DNA of 64,000 nt from Methylophilaceae bacterium. Lineage in GTDB: Bacteria > Pseudomonadota > Gammaproteobacteria > Burkholderiales > Methylophilaceae. The stretch lies in NCBI GenBank assembly GCA_034111445.1, contig JAWUXH010000028.1, forward strand, positions 85,950 to 149,949, read 5' to 3'. Shown here piece after piece: positions 49,471-59,647 of this stretch (the first letter of the stretch is position 1; the number at the start of each line of letters is the position of its first letter). Made by a program: the position numbers and the translations under genes. The notes under the pieces are model-generated. The model was given only the letters and a program-made list of their open reading frames with translations, had not been told where the DNA came from and ran no database searches.

Positions 49471-50835
49471 ATGGAAACACAAAAGAAAATACTAGCCGTT
49501 GATGATGAACCTAATATGCGCCGTTTGCTTGAAATCAGCTTACGCCAAGCAGGCTATCAGCCATTATCGGCAGCGAATGGGCGAGATGCACTAGCAATAC
49601 TACAAACTGAACAAGTCGATTTAATTGTTAGTGACTTACACATGCCTGGGATGAGTGGGTTAGAGCTGCTTAAAAATATACGCTCTGAAAATGAAGCTTT
49701 GCCTTTTATTATGGTCACCGCGCAAGGTGAAATTAATACTGCGGTAGAGGCGATGAAGCTAGTGGCCTCTGATTACATATTGCGGCCATTTGACTTAGAG
49801 GTGTTAGAAGTTGCGATTGCAAAAGCGTTAGATGTACAGCGCATGCAGGTTGAAAATACCTTTCTAAAAGCAGAAACCCAACCAGAGCTTGAAGGTTTAG
49901 TGGGCGAGAGTGTGCCCATGCAAGCATTGAAGAAAATGATTGCACAGGTTGGCCCAGAAAAAGTAACAGCACTCATTGCGGGTGAAACCGGCACGGGTAA
50001 AGAGTTGGTCGCCAAGGCTATCCATAACGCATCTCCGAGAAAGGATGCTTTATTTGTTGCAGTAAATTGCGCGGCGATACCTGCTGAAATGTTGGAGTCA
50101 GAATTATTCGGGTATGAAAAAGGCGCTTTTACTGGCGCAGTCAAAACCCGTGTGGGTAAGTTTGAGCTAGCAGATAAAGGCACGTTATTTTTAGATGAAG
50201 TAACTGAAATGCCTATCGCGCTACAAGCCAAGTTATTGCGCGCTTTACAAGAAGGCGTCATTGAAAAGCTTGGTAGTAATAAGCAGATTCATTTGGATAT
50301 TCGTATTATTGCCGCGACTAATCGCGATGCGATGCAGGCCGTTAAAGATGGCAAATTGCGTGAAGATTTATATTACCGTTTAAATGTTTTCCAACTCAAT
50401 GTACCAGCATTAAAAGATCGTACAGGTGATGTGGCAATGTTAAGCCGTTTTTTTGTGGCTAAGCGAGGCTTGAAAATTAGTGATGAAGCCATGCAGTTGT
50501 TAGAAGGCTATGCTTGGCCAGGTAATGTACGAGAGCTTGAAAACGTATTAGAGCGCGCTGCGATACTCTCTTCAGAGGGCATCATCGACCCCCATCATTT
50601 ACCCAATGATATCGTCGGTGCTAATGGTATTGTTGAGCATGCGATTAGTCAGCCATTGCAAGCAGAGGCGCAGCAAGATGGGTTTTCAATTCCAGTGAAA
50701 ACTGCGCAGCTAGAAAAGCGTTTGATTATTGGCGCACTGGCTGAGTGCAATGGCAACAAATCAAAAAGTGCTAAATTACTGCAAATTAGTGAGCGGTCAC
50801 TTTGGTACAAGCTAGATACCTACGGTCTTAAGTAA
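49471..50835 (+). CDS. NtrC-family sigma54 response regulator
   Basis: VDDE, SDLHMP, GETGTGKE, ESELFG, GAFTGA, DLYYRLNV, Fis HTH. Confidence 0.95.
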   Translation: METQKKILAVDDEPNMRRLLEISLRQAGYQPLSAANGRDALAILQTEQVDLIVSDLHMPGMSGLELLKNIRSENEALPFIMVTAQGEINTAVEAMKLVASDYILRPFDLEVLEVAIAKALDVQRMQVENTFLKAETQPELEGLVGESVPMQALKKMIAQVGPEKVTALIAGETGTGKELVAKAIHNASPRKDALFVAVNCAAIPAEMLESELFGYEKGAFTGAVKTRVGKFELADKGTLFLDEVTEMPIALQAKLLRALQEGVIEKLGSNKQIHLDIRIIAATNRDAMQAVKDGKLREDLYYRLNVFQLNVPALKDRTGDVAMLSRFFVAKRGLKISDEAMQLLEGYAWPGNVRELENVLERAAILSSEGIIDPHHLPNDIVGANGIVEHAISQPLQAEAQQDGFSIPVKTAQLEKRLIIGALAECNGNKSKSAKLLQISERSLWYKLDTYGLK

Positions 50836-50998
50836 ATCGCTGTCATAAACACTATATTCCTTTTCGCTTAATATTCAGGCGCGTCGCGTTGCGATTTGTC
50901 AGCACAGTGCTTTCCTAAGTTTTGTCAGAGTCCAATGGCCCCATTCTAGGGCATAAAATTCTCATCAATATTCAGAAATAATCATGACGCTCGATAGA

Positions 50999-51066
50999 TT
51001 AACGCTGTTAACTTAATGCTTGACTAGTAATGTTAACGGTGTTAACTTAACGATGTTAACATTACT
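50999..51066 (+). promoter_or_regulatory. sigma70 promoter overlapped by three TTAAC-N3-GTTAA palindromes (probable TetR operators)
   Basis: TTGACT-17-TAACTT; operators at 50999-51012, 51032-51046 and 51047-51060. Confidence 0.7.
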
Positions 51067-51092
51067 TTTATGGGTATTAAAAGGCCTTAGAT

Positions 51093-51545
51093 ATGATTAA
51101 AAAGTACGTGCAACTGTTTTGCTTATGTGCAATTTTATTTGTTAATCCAGCCATGGCGGCATCATTGAATATGCCAACTGGTTTATGGTTGGCGCATGAT
51201 GATGAGGGTAAGCCAACTGGGTTTATTCGGATTACTGAAAAGGCTGGTATTTACACTGGTGTGATAGAAAAAGGTTTGCCAGAAATAACAGAAGAACAGT
51301 TTTGTACAGCGTGTAAAGGTGATAAAAAAGATCAACCGTTAATCGGCATGGTGATTATCAAAAATGTAAAAGTAAAAGGTAATGCATTGATCGGTGATGA
51401 AATTCTTGACCCTTTTACAGGCAAGACGTATCGCGTAAAACTAAGTTTGCAAGAAGGTGGCCAGCAGATGGAAGTACGTGGATTTATTGGGTTTAGTTTA
51501 TTTGGCCGCACACAAATATGGAAGAGAGCACAAAATGGACAATAG
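51093..51545 (+). CDS. DUF2147 family protein
   Basis: Signal peptide, PTGLW, C..C, ILDP.TGKTY, VRGFIG.SLFGRTQ.W.R. Confidence 0.9.
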   Translation: MIKKYVQLFCLCAILFVNPAMAASLNMPTGLWLAHDDEGKPTGFIRITEKAGIYTGVIEKGLPEITEEQFCTACKGDKKDQPLIGMVIIKNVKVKGNALIGDEILDPFTGKTYRVKLSLQEGGQQMEVRGFIGFSLFGRTQIWKRAQNGQ

Positions 51546-52005
51546 TTATTTATGGTTGAAAGCAATACATATTCTGGGTGTTGTACTATTTTTAGGCAAT
51601 ATCATTATCACTGGCTGGTGGAAAAATATGGCTGACCGAACCAAAAACCCACAAGTCATTGCTTTTGCGCAGCGCCAAGTCACGGTGACGGATTACTTAT
51701 TTACGGCGGGTGGTTCACTGATTTTATTTCTTGCCGGTTTTGCTAATGTGATGATTCACGGGCTTAGTTATTCAGCTAAATGGTTATCACACGGCATTGC
51801 GTTATTTGGTTTGTCGGCGGTTGTTTGGGTGATTGTGTTGATTCCAACCCAAATCAAGCAAGCCAAAATGGCGAAAGAATTTAACGAAACCAGTGTGATT
51901 CCCGATGTGTATTGGAAATTATGTAGCCGTTGGAATTTCTGGGGCGCCATTGCCGTATTGTTACCGGTCGCCACCGTTTATTTCATGGTCTTTAAGCAAG
52001 CTTAA
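51535..52005 (+). CDS. DUF2269 family membrane protein
   Basis: YLWLKAIHILG..LFLG; terminal MVFK; start at ATG 51535. Confidence 0.82.
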   Translation: MDNSYLWLKAIHILGVVLFLGNIIITGWWKNMADRTKNPQVIAFAQRQVTVTDYLFTAGGSLILFLAGFANVMIHGLSYSAKWLSHGIALFGLSAVVWVIVLIPTQIKQAKMAKEFNETSVIPDVYWKLCSRWNFWGAIAVLLPVATVYFMVFKQA

Positions 52006-52012
52006 TTAACCG

Positions 52013-52651
52013 ATGCCACCAAAAGTAAAATCAGAAGCAGAGAAACAAAAAGCGTCAGCGCTGATATTAGATGCTGCGCGTGAGTTATTTGTCACAAAAG
52101 GCATTGAAGCAGTGACAATGCGCGAAATTGCTAAAAAAATTGGCTATTCACCAACGACTATTTACTTATACTTTAAAGATAAAGAGACGTTGATTCATGA
52201 AATATGCGTGAAAGACTTTGAGCAGTTAGGGGGGCAATTAAGCGGTCTTATGCAAATTGAAGAGCCGGTTGAACGCATGATTAACATGGGCGATTCGTAT
52301 GCCCGCTTTGCTTTAAATTACCCAAACCACTACCGTATGATTTTTATGACGAGGTGGTCGGAGTGCCCTTTAGGTGATGATATAGACCCGGGTAAAGATG
52401 GTTACCAATTACTGATGCAAGTAGTCGAGGCCGTTTATGAAGCAGGACACTTCTTACCTGAGCATGATAATCCAGAGTTGATTGCCCAAACGATATGGGC
52501 TGGTATTCACGGAGTCTGTTCATTACAAATTAATATGGGGCATGATCCGCATATTAATTGGACTGATATAGAAGACCGTATCGCATTAATGTTAGCCACC
52601 TTAACCAGAGGGCTATTGAAGTACCCTAACTACAAGCGCAAATTAAAATGA
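52013..52651 (+). CDS. TetR/AcrR family regulator (WHG-type C-terminus)
   Basis: ILDAARELF, TMREIAK.IGYS..TIYLYFKDK, WAGIHG. Confidence 0.93.
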   Translation: MPPKVKSEAEKQKASALILDAARELFVTKGIEAVTMREIAKKIGYSPTTIYLYFKDKETLIHEICVKDFEQLGGQLSGLMQIEEPVERMINMGDSYARFALNYPNHYRMIFMTRWSECPLGDDIDPGKDGYQLLMQVVEAVYEAGHFLPEHDNPELIAQTIWAGIHGVCSLQINMGHDPHINWTDIEDRIALMLATLTRGLLKYPNYKRKLK

Positions 52652-53715
52652 AAAAAATATTAATCAATAGCATGATTGTTGGATTAGCACTCAGCCTTAG
52701 CGCATGTGAAAAGCCCGTAGAAGAAGTAGCGGGCCCAAGACCGGCATTAGTGATGACGGTTCAGTCAGAAGGTGCAAAAAGCACCATGGCGATTGTGGGT
52801 GAAATTAAAGCAAGGTATGAATCTGTACAAGGCTTTAGAGTGGGTGGAAAAGTCATTAAGCGTTATGTTGATGTCGGCAATATTGTTAAAAAAGGCCAAG
52901 TGCTAGCAAGGTTAGATAATGTGGATGCGAAATTATCATTACAAGCGAACCAAGCAGAAATCAGCGCTGCGCAATCAGTTGTTACGTTAGCTAAAGACAA
53001 CTTAGCAAGACAACAACAATTATTAGATCAAAAATTCATTTCAGCCGCCGCGCTTGATCGGTATGAAACTGATTACCAAACCGCACAAGCGCGGTTAAAA
53101 CAAGTGCAAGCCAAAACCGCCGTCACGAATAATCAATCACGCTACACCACATTAAGGGCTGACCGTAGCGGTGTGGTGAATATGATTAACGCTGAACCGG
53201 GCCAAGTGGTCGCCGCTGGGCAAGGCGTGGTACAAATCATTGACCCTAAACAGTTGGAAGTGCATATTCCATTAGCCGAATCAAGAATGGCGCATGTGGC
53301 AGTGGGCGATAATGCGGTAATGCGATTATGGGCCAATAGAGATACAGCCTACCCAGTGAAAGTGCGAGAAGTGGCCCCAGTTGCCGATGCCGCCACCAGA
53401 ACATTTTTAGTCAAACTAAGCATTGCGAAGCCAAGTCAAGATGTACGCCTAGGCATGACAGCTGGCGTTGTATTAAATAATGAAATAACCGATTCACTAT
53501 TAGTGCCAAGCCCAGCGGTGCTGAAGCGCAATAATGAAACGATTATTTGGATAGTCGGTACTGATAATAAAGTACATGCCTGTACAGTAACGGTAGAAAG
53601 CTTTCGTGAAGATGGCGTGTTAATCAACAGTGGCTTAACCGCTGGCGATAAAATTGTAGTGGCCGGTGCGCAAGCATTAATTGAAGATCAAATCGTGCGC
53701 CCGGTGGAACGTTAA
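52648..53715 (+). CDS. RND efflux periplasmic adaptor
   Basis: Lipobox LSAC, GFRVGGK, VKKGQ.LARLD, ATRTF. Confidence 0.93.
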   Translation: MKKILINSMIVGLALSLSACEKPVEEVAGPRPALVMTVQSEGAKSTMAIVGEIKARYESVQGFRVGGKVIKRYVDVGNIVKKGQVLARLDNVDAKLSLQANQAEISAAQSVVTLAKDNLARQQQLLDQKFISAAALDRYETDYQTAQARLKQVQAKTAVTNNQSRYTTLRADRSGVVNMINAEPGQVVAAGQGVVQIIDPKQLEVHIPLAESRMAHVAVGDNAVMRLWANRDTAYPVKVREVAPVADAATRTFLVKLSIAKPSQDVRLGMTAGVVLNNEITDSLLVPSPAVLKRNNETIIWIVGTDNKVHACTVTVESFREDGVLINSGLTAGDKIVVAGAQALIEDQIVRPVER

Positions 53716-53718
53716 ACC

Positions 53719-56700
53719 ATGCCATCATTTAACCTTTCAGATTGGGCGCTAAAGCATCAAAAATTAGTGCTTTATTTTATGGTCATGCTGACGGTAATCG
53801 GTGCATTGTCATATACCAAACTAGGCCAGTCAGAAGATCCGCCATTTACGTTTAAAGCCATGATTATCCGCACGACATTACCAGGGGCTGATGCAAATGA
53901 AATGGCATTGCAAGTCACCGATAAGCTAGAGAAAAAACTACAAGAAGTTCCGCACCTCGATTTTGTTTCCAGTTATTCACGTGCTGAAGAGTCGATCATC
54001 ATTTTACGGATTGACGATGATACACATGCGGACGATATGGATAACGTCTGGTATCAAGCGCGTAAAAAAACCAGTGATATGCGCCATTTATTACCTGCTG
54101 GCGTGCGTGGCCCAAGCTTTAATGACGAATTTGGTGATGTGTACGGCAACATTTACGCATTAACGGGTGAAGGCTACTCCTACGCAGAGTTGAAATACCA
54201 AGCGGAAATATTAAGGTCGTCCATTTTAAACTTGCCTGAAGTCGCCAAAGTAGACTTTTTTGGTGAGCAAAAAGAGCGCCTATACATTGAAATTTCAAAT
54301 GCCAAATTAGCAACTTTAGCCATTGGTACTGAAAGCTTAATTAACGCCATTCGTGCTCAAAATGTGATCTTTAGTGGCGGTGCATTTAATACCAAACAAG
54401 AGAAAATACAAGTGCGCGTGAGTGGCCGTTTTGAAAGTGTTGATGCCGTGTCAAACTTTGTCATTCGCGCTGGCGGGCAAGAGGTACGCTTAGGGGATAT
54501 TGCCAAAGTCTATAAAGTCTATGAGGACCCACCAACCAAAACAGTCCGTTTCATGGGTAAACCCGCGATTTTTGTTGGGGTATCAATGGATGCTGGCGGT
54601 GACATCATTGCGCTCGGCAAACACCTTGATCAAACCATCAACAAAGTCGGTAATGCACTACCGGTTGGCTTAATCTTAAATACCATTACATCACAACCTG
54701 AAGCCGTTCAAAGTTCAATTAAAGAATTTATTAAAACGTTAGCTGAGGCAGTGTTAATTGTATTAGTGGTGAGCTTGCTTTCATTAGGCTGGCGCACCGG
54801 TTTGGTGGTGGCGATTGTCATTCCTATCGTGCTGGCCATTACCTTTTTATTCATGCACCTATTTGATGTTGGCCTGCACAAGATTTCACTTGGAGCACTG
54901 ATATTATCCCTTGGCCTATTGGTCGATGATGCGATTATTGCCGTTGAAATGATGGCCTCAAAAATGGAACAAGGGTGGGAGCGCACGCGTGCCGCTTCAT
55001 TTACTTACTCCAGCACCGCAATGCCGATGCTTTCAGGTACCTTGGTGACCGCGGCTGGCTTTTTACCCATTGCGACCGCGCAATCTAGCACTGGTGAATA
55101 TACGCGATCAATCTTCCAAGTCACTGTGATTGCATTGCTCGTATCATGGGTTGCTGCAGTGGTATTTGTGCCATATTTGGGTAACAAATTATTGCCAGAC
55201 TTTAAAAAAGATAAGCACCAACCAGCCAGCTATGACAGCCCGTTATATAACCGCTTAAGAAATTTTGTAACTTGGTGCGTTAAACATCACTGGATTGTAA
55301 TTACCTTAACCATGATCATTTTTGTGATTTCATTATTTGGGTTCAGTAAAGTGCAGCAACAGTTTTTCCCAGACTCGACTAGGCCAGAACTCATCGTTGA
55401 TTTAAGGCTGACAGAAGGTTCATCTTTTGAGGCAACACAAGCATCGGTTGAAAAATTTGAAGTCTGGTTAAATAAGCAAATCGAAGCCAAAACCGTTGAA
55501 GTGGATAACTATGTAGCCTATGTTGGTAACGGTAGCCCAAGGTTCTACTTACCATTAGACCAACAATTACAACGTAAAAACTTTGCTGAATTTGTCATAT
55601 TGGCAAAAGATACCGCCGGGCGTGAAGTCATTCGTAGCAAAGTCATTAAGCTTTTTGAAAATGACTTTCCTGAATTAAGAGGGTCCGTCTTTAGGTTAGA
55701 AAATGGACCACCAGTTGGCTTCCCTGTGCAGTTTAGAGTGTCTGGTCCTGCAAATTTTGCGCAAAACAATTATGATGAATTGCGAGCACAAGCCGATAAA
55801 GTCGCAGCTGTGATGCGTGAGAATCAACACCTAAGTAATGTACAAACTGATTGGGAAGCGCCGATTAAAGTCATCCACTTAGAAGTAGACCAAACCAAAG
55901 CGCGTTTAGTGGGTGTTTCCTCTGCACAAGTGGCCAATTTTCTAAATGGTGCATTAAATGAACTCTACATTACGGAATACCGTGATCGTAACGAGAACAT
56001 TGATTTAGTAGTGCGCGGCAGACCCGTTGAGCGCAAACAAATATCACGCCTTGGTGATTTAATGATCAAAACTGAAAGTGGTAAAAGCGTACCATTGGCG
56101 CAAATTGCACGCATTCATTACACCTTTGAAGAAGGCTTGATTTGGCGTCGTGACCGTATTCCAACCATATCAGTACGAGCGACTGTGTATGGCAATATGC
56201 AAGCACCAGCGATATCCACCATGGTGTTAGAAAAGCTTGAGGCTGTACGAGCCACACTGCCACCAGGCTACTCAATTGCAACAGGTGGCGCGATTGAAGA
56301 ATCATCAAAAGGCAGTGCATCGGTTGCTGCTGGTGGCGCACTATTTCTGTTTGTCGTACTCACCATATTAATGGTGCAATTACAGAGCTTTTCACGGGTC
56401 ATGTTAGTGTTGCTTACCGCGCCATTAGGCATTATTGGCGTTGCATTATTTTTACTCATATTCAATCAACCATTTGGCTTTGTGGCCATGCTTGGCACCA
56501 TTGCACTGTCGGGCATGATCATGCGTAACTCAGTCATATTGGTTGAGCAAATTGCACAAGATAAAGCCGATGGCATTGCTGACTGGAAAGCGATTGTTGA
56601 ATCAACCGTTAGGCGCTTTAGACCAATTGTATTAACTGCAGCAGCCTCAATACTCGCGATGATTCCACTATCTGAAAGTGCTTTTTTTGGGCCAATGGCA

Positions 56701-56799
56701 GTAGCGATTATGGGTGGTTTATTAGTGGCGACTTTCTTAACGATTATTTCACTGCCGGCACTGTATGCGGCGTGGTATCGCGTGAAAGTGCCAGCATAA
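53719..56799 (+). CDS. RND efflux permease (TriC/MexK-like)
   Basis: EDPPF, GLLVDDAII, RFRPI.LT; 1026 aa. Confidence 0.94.
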   Translation: MPSFNLSDWALKHQKLVLYFMVMLTVIGALSYTKLGQSEDPPFTFKAMIIRTTLPGADANEMALQVTDKLEKKLQEVPHLDFVSSYSRAEESIIILRIDDDTHADDMDNVWYQARKKTSDMRHLLPAGVRGPSFNDEFGDVYGNIYALTGEGYSYAELKYQAEILRSSILNLPEVAKVDFFGEQKERLYIEISNAKLATLAIGTESLINAIRAQNVIFSGGAFNTKQEKIQVRVSGRFESVDAVSNFVIRAGGQEVRLGDIAKVYKVYEDPPTKTVRFMGKPAIFVGVSMDAGGDIIALGKHLDQTINKVGNALPVGLILNTITSQPEAVQSSIKEFIKTLAEAVLIVLVVSLLSLGWRTGLVVAIVIPIVLAITFLFMHLFDVGLHKISLGALILSLGLLVDDAIIAVEMMASKMEQGWERTRAASFTYSSTAMPMLSGTLVTAAGFLPIATAQSSTGEYTRSIFQVTVIALLVSWVAAVVFVPYLGNKLLPDFKKDKHQPASYDSPLYNRLRNFVTWCVKHHWIVITLTMIIFVISLFGFSKVQQQFFPDSTRPELIVDLRLTEGSSFEATQASVEKFEVWLNKQIEAKTVEVDNYVAYVGNGSPRFYLPLDQQLQRKNFAEFVILAKDTAGREVIRSKVIKLFENDFPELRGSVFRLENGPPVGFPVQFRVSGPANFAQNNYDELRAQADKVAAVMRENQHLSNVQTDWEAPIKVIHLEVDQTKARLVGVSSAQVANFLNGALNELYITEYRDRNENIDLVVRGRPVERKQISRLGDLMIKTESGKSVPLAQIARIHYTFEEGLIWRRDRIPTISVRATVYGNMQAPAISTMVLEKLEAVRATLPPGYSIATGGAIEESSKGSASVAAGGALFLFVVLTILMVQLQSFSRVMLVLLTAPLGIIGVALFLLIFNQPFGFVAMLGTIALSGMIMRNSVILVEQIAQDKADGIADWKAIVESTVRRFRPIVLTAAASILAMIPLSESAFFGPMAVAIMGGLLVATFLTIISLPALYAAWYRVKVPA

Positions 56800-56929
56800 G
56801 GGGTTTAAGGCGTAAAGTGATTGCAGAAAGTGTTGTTAAATAAGGCTTTTTTCTGCATGGGATAGTTTATAATTTGCAGCAATTAACGAACGAATCACTT
56901 TTAACCGAAAAAGTAACAGGAAATTGAAC

Positions 56930-57610
56930 ATGACAAAATCAAATGTGGATACCAGTTTTGTGGAAAATAGCGCGACATTTAATATGATCGAGCAGCAAAT
57001 TCGTACATGGGATGTATTAGATCCAGTGGTGCTTGATCTATTCAATGCTATTCCGCGTGAGCGCTTTGTTACCGAGGCACAACAAGGCCTTGCATTTGCT
57101 GATGTTGAATTGCCAATTGGCAATGGCCAAACGATGCTTTCACCAAAAGTCGAAGGCCGTATTTTGCAAGCCGTGCAAATTAAAAAAACAGATAAAGTAT
57201 TAGTCGTTGGTACGGGTAGTGGTTACTTAACGGCAATGGCTGCAACACTGGCTGACCATGTACATGCGGTTGAAGTGCATGCCGAATTATCAGCGACTGC
57301 TGAGCAACGCATTAAAGCGCAAGGCATTAATAATGTTGTGTTTGATGTGGCTGATGGTGTTGAAGGCTTTGCCGCACATGCACCATACGACGTGATTATT
57401 TACACTGGCTCATTAGAGATGCGTTCTAAAGCAGCTGAAGCCATGCTAAACGTTGGTGGCCGTTTATTCGCAGTGATCGGCGAAGCACCAATTATGGAAG
57501 CAACCCTTACGCAGCGTGTGAATGAAACCGCCTTTAAACATGATGTTGTGTTTGATACTTATTTACCACCGATGGTTAACGCACCACAGCTCGATAATTT
57601 CGAATTCTAA
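56930..57610 (+). CDS. pcm: protein-L-isoaspartate O-methyltransferase
   Basis: MIEQQIRTW, PRE.F, VGTGSGY, APYDVI, GGRL. Confidence 0.88.
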   Translation: MTKSNVDTSFVENSATFNMIEQQIRTWDVLDPVVLDLFNAIPRERFVTEAQQGLAFADVELPIGNGQTMLSPKVEGRILQAVQIKKTDKVLVVGTGSGYLTAMAATLADHVHAVEVHAELSATAEQRIKAQGINNVVFDVADGVEGFAAHAPYDVIIYTGSLEMRSKAAEAMLNVGGRLFAVIGEAPIMEATLTQRVNETAFKHDVVFDTYLPPMVNAPQLDNFEF

Positions 57611-57612
57611 AT

Positions 57613-59016
57613 ATGAAAAAACTAGTACATTTTTGCAGTGTTTCTTTTGTTTTACTCGTAGGACTAACGCCGCTGCAAAGTGTACAAGCTGATCAAACTT
57701 TATCAGCAGTACCCGTCGATTCATCAGCAGTAAACGCTGCACCATTTCAAAACTTGCTTGATGTCTATCACCAAGCACTCAATAACGACCCAGCATTAAA
57801 ATCGGCCCTAAGTGCCAATAAAGCCGCGCAAGAAATCATTGAGCAAGGCAAAGCTTTATATCGCCCACAAGTTAACTTTACCGCTGGCGCACGCGCCACG
57901 CAAAACCATATTGAATATGTCGGCGCGAATGTATTTCAAAATGAAGGCCGCAATAGTTTTGAAGGGTATGAATATGGCGTGACTGCCCGCCAACCACTGT
58001 TTCGTAAGCAAAACTTAATTGCCATAGACCAAACCAAAACCCAAGTGAGTATTGCTGATAAGCAGTACCACTTAACCCAGCAACAACTTATTTTAAAAGT
58101 CACTGAAGCCTACTTTAATATATTGATCGCACAAGATGCCATTGATTTACTACAGGCGCAAAAAGCGGCGATACAAAGCCAGCTAGACCAAGCCAAAGCC
58201 AATTTTGATGTTGGCAATGCCACCATTACTGATTTTAATGAAGCCAAAGCACGGTACGACATTGTGGTGGCACAAGAAATTGCGGCGAAAAATAGTCACC
58301 AAGTAGCCTTGTTTGCACTAGAGTCATTAACCAGCCAAACGCCAACGACCTTAGCAACCATTAAAGCGGAAGCGGCCACCAACGCATTAGCGCAAGACAT
58401 GCAAGCATGGATTGATATTGGTTTAAAAAATAATTTGGCCATTCAAATTAGGCAAGACGCCTACAAGTTAGCCGAGCAAGAAGTAAAACGCAATTCAGCC
58501 GCACACTTACCCACACTAGATGCAGTGGCAAGCTATACCAAGAGTTATGAAAATGGCGGCAACTTTGGTTTTGGGTTAGATTTAAATGCCGCGGTGATTA
58601 GTTTGCAGTTAGCCGTACCCTTATACCAAGGTGGGGCGATTTCTTCACGCACACGCCAAGCGGCTTTTAATCAACAAAAAGCACAAGAAGACATTGCCGT
58701 AGCCAAACGCAATACAGTACTAGCTACACAGCAAGCTTATTTAAATTTAAGTAGTAACGTGGCGCAAATAAGCGCATTGGCGCAAGCACTTAATAGTACG
58801 CAAAGTCAGTTAGCGTCAACACAAGTCGGTTATGATGTAGGTGTACGTACTAGTGTTGATTTACTCAATGCACAACAATTAATGTTTAGCGCTAAGCGAG
58901 ATTTATTAGCGGCCCGCTATCAATACTTAATGAATATCGTGCGTTTAAAAACGGCAACAGGGCAAGTGGCCGAGGCCGACTTAGCCGATATTAATCAGCT
59001 ACTCACAACGCCATAA
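57613..59016 (+). CDS. tolC: TolC family outer-membrane protein
   Basis: LLDVY..AL.NDP, LPTLD, PLYQGG, GY.VGVRT..DLL.AQ. Confidence 0.9.
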   Translation: MKKLVHFCSVSFVLLVGLTPLQSVQADQTLSAVPVDSSAVNAAPFQNLLDVYHQALNNDPALKSALSANKAAQEIIEQGKALYRPQVNFTAGARATQNHIEYVGANVFQNEGRNSFEGYEYGVTARQPLFRKQNLIAIDQTKTQVSIADKQYHLTQQQLILKVTEAYFNILIAQDAIDLLQAQKAAIQSQLDQAKANFDVGNATITDFNEAKARYDIVVAQEIAAKNSHQVALFALESLTSQTPTTLATIKAEAATNALAQDMQAWIDIGLKNNLAIQIRQDAYKLAEQEVKRNSAAHLPTLDAVASYTKSYENGGNFGFGLDLNAAVISLQLAVPLYQGGAISSRTRQAAFNQQKAQEDIAVAKRNTVLATQQAYLNLSSNVAQISALAQALNSTQSQLASTQVGYDVGVRTSVDLLNAQQLMFSAKRDLLAARYQYLMNIVRLKTATGQVAEADLADINQLLTTP

Positions 59017-59048
59017 CATCAACTAAATAACACAAACTAAAAGTAAGA

Positions 59049-59624
59049 ATGACTATGACAACAAGCACTGCGCAAATAAATAAATCAAAACTCGTATTCG
59101 TTGATATGCAAACTAAGCTCGTCCCTGCGATGGATGCGGCTGAAATGCCACAAGTGCTTAAAAACTGTGAAATATTAGCCCAAGCGGCAAAGTTACTCGC
59201 AGTGCCGACTTTATATACACAGCAATACACCAAAGCGTTGGGCGAAACAGTGCCTGAGTTAACGCAATATCTAGCTGAGCCTAAAACATCAGCCAATGCG
59301 CCAATTGAGAAGTTATCTTTCTCATGCATGGGTGAGCCGCGCTTTAGACATAAAATGATTAAAGAGCACTCTCAAATTGTATTGGTAGGAATCGAGGCGC
59401 ATATCTGTGTATTACAAACCGCGCTAAGCTTGCTTGATGCTGGTAAAACGGTGTTTGTGGTGGAAGATGCCATTTGCTCAAGAAGCCCAGCCAATAAAGC
59501 CAATGCCATTGCGCGCATGCGCGAAGCAGGCTGCATTATCACCAATACTGAATCAGTGGTGTTTGAATGGTTAGGCCGCGCGGGTAGTGACGAATTTAAA
59601 GCCATTAGCAAACTTATTCGCTAG
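59049..59624 (+). CDS. isochorismatase/YcaC-like hydrolase
   Basis: VDMQ.KL, K.SFSC, GIEAHICV.QT. Confidence 0.88.
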   Translation: MTMTTSTAQINKSKLVFVDMQTKLVPAMDAAEMPQVLKNCEILAQAAKLLAVPTLYTQQYTKALGETVPELTQYLAEPKTSANAPIEKLSFSCMGEPRFRHKMIKEHSQIVLVGIEAHICVLQTALSLLDAGKTVFVVEDAICSRSPANKANAIARMREAGCIITNTESVVFEWLGRAGSDEFKAISKLIR

Positions 59625-59647
59625 TGAACAAACAAAAGGTTATTAAT

